Shown: in pieces, positions 25,135 to 29,202 of the stretch
Numbering within the stretch: position 1 is the stretch's first letter
Layout of the letters: each line of letters starts with the position of its first letter
Virus record (IMG/VR): IMGVR_UViG_3300025131_000288
Location: 1 to 29,202 of that record
DNA: 29,202 bases
Origin: a virus
Lineage: Duplodnaviria > Caudoviricetes
Direction: 5' to 3' (one strand)
Position numbers and translations under genes: made by a program
Notes under the pieces: generated by a model
What the model was told of the DNA's origin: nothing
The model's input: only the letters and a program-made list of their open reading frames with translations
Database searches by the model: none

Positions 25135-26418
25135 TTATTTTTTTATATTCCAAACAGTTAAGTTTTGGTCTTTTCGTAATAAAGCAGAAATAAATCGTCC
25201 TACCCCCCAAATTATCTCATCGTTCACCATGACAGAGGGTTCAGCAGTTTCTCCTTTAAATTTTGTCGCATAGTCTTTATAGCGTCCGGGGTTTTGATCG
25301 TAAACTTTTCCAGCAACTATCTGTAATCCCCATTTTTGATTTATTTCTTTAATCACATCAACCGGACATCTTGCTATGGAATTTAAATTATTCGCATTTC
25401 TTAATAAGTGAGTCATTTCATATTTAACTGGTTGATTTGCTATTAATTTCCATGAATTAATATCTTGAATATCCTCTTGGTTGGGATTCGGGCGTTCATC
25501 TATTATTTCTTTTTGAAGCATTGCAGGGAATCTGCTTACGGCTTGTATCCATTCTAGTGGTTTATCTTGAAGTGCTTTTTGGATGTCAATGGATGACATT
25601 TTACTATCTGATACTGCATAAGAATCTTCCTCGCCATTTTGTGCTACTTCTCTTTGGTATTGTGCTGTTTTTACTAGACGATAATAAGAGGTATAGGCAT
25701 AAGCGTAATCGCGTTGTTCAACTTCTGGTGTGACTCCTGAATCCCATGATGGAGGGATGTCTTCTTCGGGACCATTTCTGTCATAATCATCCTCATCCTC
25801 ACCTGTTTCTTTTACATCGGGATAATACACATTAAGTGCTTTTTTTAAATAGAAAGGAGACATGTTATAGAATTCTTGGATGGTGTTCTTCGCCCAATCT
25901 GGTTCCTCTTCATCATAATAATTATCATAAATAGTTTTTGCCATTATGTCAGAAGCTATGCTATTCGATTGAAAATAGCTATTAAAATCATATATAACCG
26001 CTCTAAACATTTCGCTTATATCGCCTTGCGCCCAACCATCGTCATAAACATCAGCATGGTTTGCTATTTCGAATATTTCTTCTCCTAAAATATTAATAAT
26101 TTTTTGTTTCATTTGTTCTGGTATTTCAGACATCAGTCCATATGCGTTTTTGTCTCCACTCGGTATGCAGTTAAACAGATATTCTATCCAATCATTAATC
26201 GACCATTCTTTTACTTTTCGATTAATTATTACATCATCACGAGTTTTAGGTGGATCAACAACATAAGCTTCAGGATTTTCTTTTTTGTCTTTTCTAACTT
26301 GTTCAGCGTGAGCTTGCATGCGTTCTATCAAAGCTCTAGCTTCTGGATCTAGTCGGTCGTCTTCCCATTCATTTTGAGATATTTTTTTTCTATATCCTGC
26401 TGTTTTAATAATTTTCAT
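25135..26418 (-). CDS. Hypothetical multi-module protein with KTA motifs; possible degenerate ParB/Srx-like C-terminal domain
   Basis: 427 aa; MKIIKTAG, LVKTAQ; PSVMVNDEIIWGVGR...ALL. Confidence 0.65.
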   Translation of the reverse strand: MKIIKTAGYRKKISQNEWEDDRLDPEARALIERMQAHAEQVRKDKKENPEAYVVDPPKTRDDVIINRKVKEWSINDWIEYLFNCIPSGDKNAYGLMSEIPEQMKQKIINILGEEIFEIANHADVYDDGWAQGDISEMFRAVIYDFNSYFQSNSIASDIMAKTIYDNYYDEEEPDWAKNTIQEFYNMSPFYLKKALNVYYPDVKETGEDEDDYDRNGPEEDIPPSWDSGVTPEVEQRDYAYAYTSYYRLVKTAQYQREVAQNGEEDSYAVSDSKMSSIDIQKALQDKPLEWIQAVSRFPAMLQKEIIDERPNPNQEDIQDINSWKLIANQPVKYEMTHLLRNANNLNSIARCPVDVIKEINQKWGLQIVAGKVYDQNPGRYKDYATKFKGETAEPSVMVNDEIIWGVGRFISALLRKDQNLTVWNIKK

Positions 26419-26529
26419 TATTATCCTAAATTATTCGTTATCATAACTGTGTCTTGTATTTCCATAATAAGTCGTTTCGTCCATATGTCTTTCCATGTTG
26501 TCAATTTCTCGCTGGTCTTCTGGATTTCC

Positions 26530-27822
26530 TTAGTAGCCAAGTTCTTCATTTCTTTTTTCTTCGTACAATGCGTCTTCTATAATTTCAATTATCGGGCCAG
26601 TCTCCATTGATTCTGTGATATCTGTACCGGCAGGACCATATACTGTGTTTTCTTGAGCGGTTACTTTTAGTGCAGTTATGTCGAATGCTGGTTCACGATC
26701 AGATTCTGTACGTCTTCCTTGTTCGACACCTGCTATTCCTTGAGTAAATGCACCGTCAGAGCCAGCGTCCCATTTATAGTTAAACTCTACTGCTATATCA
26801 GGTTCACTAGGATCTTGTTCATAATCAAGATTCCATAATAAGTTGTATGGGTATTCTTTATGTCGTGGGTTGTGTTGTATTATATTTGCTGTTTTAACGG
26901 TTTTTATTTTGATCCAACCGTTTGCTAATCCTATCTGTTGCCATTTATTCTCGTTTATTTTTATAGTTGTTTTGCCATTAGCTTTTTTAATGAGTTTAAT
27001 TGGTTTTACAGAAGCTGCAATTGGTTGAGCCGCAACGGGTTGAGCCGCAACGGGTTGAGCAGCCGCAACGGGTTGGTTCGTTTGTGCTGGTTGAACTTCT
27101 CCTTCTCCTTCTTCGACTAGGGTATCAAGCATTCCTTTGATTCTGCTTATTGGCATATCTCCAAATGCGGAGAACAGGTTTTCAAGGAATGGTATTAGTT
27201 TTGATTTTGTTAATCCTGATCCGACGAGTGCTTGTCTCAGAGCTTTTTGCATCTGTGGGTTTAATGATCCCATTAATCCATCCGTTTGCTGAGCATTTTT
27301 AATCCACCCGTTTTTAACGCCTATTTGTTGCCATTTACTTTCACTTATTTTTATAGTTGTTTTGCCATTAGCTTTTTTAATGAGTTTAATTGGTTTTACA
27401 GAAGCTGCAATTGGTTGATTTGGACCTTGTGTAGCATCCAACTGTTGTATCTCTTGTGCTGTTTGTTGCTCATTTGCGGCTAATTCAGCATTTGCTGCCG
27501 TAATATCATTTTGTATGCCTTCTATTATTTCTTTTTGCCATCCAAGCAACTCCGCATATTGTTTGGCTTCTTGTTTAGAAACTTGTCCTTGTTGTATTTT
27601 TTCTCTTATCTGTTGTATCCCACTACTTAGACTTTGATAGGCGTTTCCAAGAATGCCAACAATTCCTGCACCAGCATTCCAGGCTCCTTGTCCTATGCCT
27701 TTTACACCTTTTCCTACTTGTTGAACATTGTCCCAAAAACCAGCTTCTTTTCCGATTTGGACCCATTCTTGATGGCTGATTTTGACTGTTGTTTTACCAT
27801 TTGCGTTTTTTATAAGTTTCAT
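26530..27822 (-). CDS. Repeat-containing putative virion (internal) protein
   Basis: Three copies of KLIK.ANGKTT.KI....W.QIG...G[FW]; Q/P/A-rich linkers; phage-sigma motif upstream. Confidence 0.75.
   Translation of the reverse strand: MKLIKNANGKTTVKISHQEWVQIGKEAGFWDNVQQVGKGVKGIGQGAWNAGAGIVGILGNAYQSLSSGIQQIREKIQQGQVSKQEAKQYAELLGWQKEIIEGIQNDITAANAELAANEQQTAQEIQQLDATQGPNQPIAASVKPIKLIKKANGKTTIKISESKWQQIGVKNGWIKNAQQTDGLMGSLNPQMQKALRQALVGSGLTKSKLIPFLENLFSAFGDMPISRIKGMLDTLVEEGEGEVQPAQTNQPVAAAQPVAAQPVAAQPIAASVKPIKLIKKANGKTTIKINENKWQQIGLANGWIKIKTVKTANIIQHNPRHKEYPYNLLWNLDYEQDPSEPDIAVEFNYKWDAGSDGAFTQGIAGVEQGRRTESDREPAFDITALKVTAQENTVYGPAGTDITESMETGPIIEIIEDALYEEKRNEELGY
26955..27418. repeat. Exact 74-bp direct repeat (26955-27028 and 27345-27418) plus a 15-bp tandem (QPVAA) repeat
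   Basis: Direct sequence comparison; copies are 390 bp apart and in frame. Confidence 0.9.
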
Positions 27823-27854
27823 TATATTCTCCGTAACTAGGTTATTAACTTATG

Positions 27855-27880
27855 TTTCGGATAAAAAAATGAAACTCCTT
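27855..27880 (-). promoter_or_regulatory. Putative phage-sigma promoter AAGGA-N15-CCGAAA
   Basis: Repeated motif upstream of 26530-27822. Confidence 0.6.
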
Positions 27881-27947
27881 CATCTAGATGCTTTTTTTAT
27901 GGCAATTTCTTTTGATGAGCCTATTAATTATTTCCTTTAATTATTTT

Positions 27948-28260
27948 TTACGGATTTCTTTTTTCTTTTTGGACATTATGCTGTTTCTCGAATTCATCAA
28001 TCGCTGATGTCAACTCATCTAATGGCAATCGTCTATCCTCTTCGTCTGGGTCAGAGTCAAGTATATTTTCTATTTCTTTCTCTTGGAGTTGTGCTCCATG
28101 CAACGTAAAGTCTGCTTTTACAAAGATTTTAGGAACAAATCCAAAAATAGAAGTACAAAATTTACATTTCATTTTGTAATTAACAGGAAATATATTATCC
28201 TTGTCTTTGAAGTGAATGTCGTGACCACAAACGGGACATTTAAAATACATTGTTCCCATG
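27948..28260 (-). CDS. Zn-ribbon protein
   Basis: CPVCG...CKFC; start uncertain (ORF track begins at 28271). Confidence 0.6.
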
Positions 28261-28317
28261 TCTTTTCCCAATCTAATTGTTAGTGCTACTATACTTATAC
28301 ATCGGTAATTTAAAGGT

Positions 28318-28686
28318 TTATTCCTCTAAATGGTTTAAAAGTTCAGCTAAATTTTTAAAATCTCGTTGTATTTCGTTTATAACCTCTTTTTCTGTTACGC
28401 TAAATTTGTGTTTGAGATATCTCAATAACAAGGAGTCATCTATATCTTTTAGAGTACAGATAGGGCAACAATCTTCAGTAACAGCTTCACCGCCCCAATA
28501 ATCATCTTCTTTATAGGTTATTTCTTTATCAACTTTATCAAGATGTTTCTTGCAAAAAATATGTTCATGTTCACAAACTTCAAAACCAACTTCTCCGCAA
28601 TTGTAACCTGTTTCCAACGTTCCACAAATCTCACATATGAAACTACTTGAGCTACTATTGCTTACAAATCCATTTCTCGTTTTCAT
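28318..28686 (-). CDS. MKxRNGFVSNSSSSSF-family phage protein, Cys-rich
   Basis: MKTRNGFVSNSSSSSFICEICG...CEHEHIFC...CPIC; TAATG coupling with the upstream gene. Confidence 0.8.
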   Translation of the reverse strand: MKTRNGFVSNSSSSSFICEICGTLETGYNCGEVGFEVCEHEHIFCKKHLDKVDKEITYKEDDYWGGEAVTEDCCPICTLKDIDDSLLLRYLKHKFSVTEKEVINEIQRDFKNLAELLNHLEE

Positions 28687-29126
28687 TATCCGTCTCTCCA
28701 AGCCTCTTCATGCCAACCGAATCCTTTGATGTCATCACCAAGCAAAGATTTGATAAGATCCTCTACGCGAGTTTTAAACTCTTTGCCTGTTTCATTGTCT
28801 CCGATATTGCTCGGATCAATACCAATGTAAATGCCATAGTATTCAGGGTGGTTTATTGAAAGATCTATTGTATCTCCTAGCTCATATAACAATTCGTAAT
28901 CATCTTCTTCGAAATGATCCATATATGCTTCAAAACTATCAAACGCATCTCTGTATGATGATTTCGCTGCGGCTTCATTGTTTTTGGTGAGCAGAAGTTC
29001 TTTCATCTCATCTGTAGCATTTTCTTTAATTCTGTTTGCAATTTCATCACCTTCATCTAGGCATATCCCATAGATGTGGAATGAACTGGTTGAACTGTTG
29101 CTTACGAATCCGTTTCTAATTTTCAT
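28686..29126 (-). CDS. MKxRNGFVSNSSxSSF-family phage protein
   Basis: N-terminus MKIRNGFVSNSSTSSF. Confidence 0.8.
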   Translation of the reverse strand: MKIRNGFVSNSSTSSFHIYGICLDEGDEIANRIKENATDEMKELLLTKNNEAAAKSSYRDAFDSFEAYMDHFEEDDYELLYELGDTIDLSINHPEYYGIYIGIDPSNIGDNETGKEFKTRVEDLIKSLLGDDIKGFGWHEEAWRDG

Positions 29127-29202
29127 TTTTAACCTTCTTCATCTAAAATTTCTATTGTTCCTGCTGCTTTCATCTCTTTTATCATTTGGTTTATGAATTC
29201 AT

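Noticed and set aside
26955-27418. CRISPR array or DGR template/variable repeat pair
   Set aside because: Only two exact in-frame coding copies, no spacers, no adenine-specific mismatches and no reverse transcriptase in the window.
3878-28859. Many short opposite-strand or nested ORFs in the track (e.g. 4952-5266, 9138-9488, 20207-20641, 21708-22244)
   Set aside because: They shadow well-supported genes and show no recognisable motifs.
1-29202. Alternative genetic code (stop codon reassignment)
   Set aside because: Long conserved genes are uninterrupted in code 11, and TAA, TAG and TGA all end genes.

Overview
An AT-rich segment of a large (jumbo-type) dsDNA bacteriophage genome in the standard genetic code, mostly on the minus strand. 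In order it holds: the 5' part of a terminase large subunit gene, two hypotheticals and a TIGR03790-like gene; dUTPase; a free-standing HNH endonuclease; class II ribonucleotide reductase with a 464-aa HNH-containing, Gln-ending intein; an AAA+ ATPase, an MptE/DUF115-like protein, an HNH, a macrodomain and a FliA/WhiG-type sigma factor; a divergent NAD salvage block (pncB, Gln-dependent nadE, decayed HNH, NUDIX); a lipoprotein and a T4-lysozyme-like gene; a DUF6745 operon with two Sm-like paralogs; a Leu/Ser/Cys/Tyr tRNA array with several non-canonical members; and repeat-containing putative virion proteins. Main observations: (1) an unannotated 36-codon leader ORF upstream of the tRNA array whose last 16 codons encode only Ser, Leu, Tyr and Cys, exactly the amino acids of the array, followed by a C-rich/G-poor tract (candidate tRNA-depletion-sensing attenuator); (2) two related HNH genes, each sitting between two versions of the 3' end of a conserved gene (nrdJ, nadE); (3) a PncB/NadE/NUDIX/macrodomain NAD module unlike NARP1 or NARP2; (4) structurally odd tRNAs and a tRNA-like RNA; (5) a repeated AAGGA-N15-(C/A)CGAA motif, a candidate promoter for the phage sigma factor. 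All family calls come from motif recognition by eye, not from database searches.
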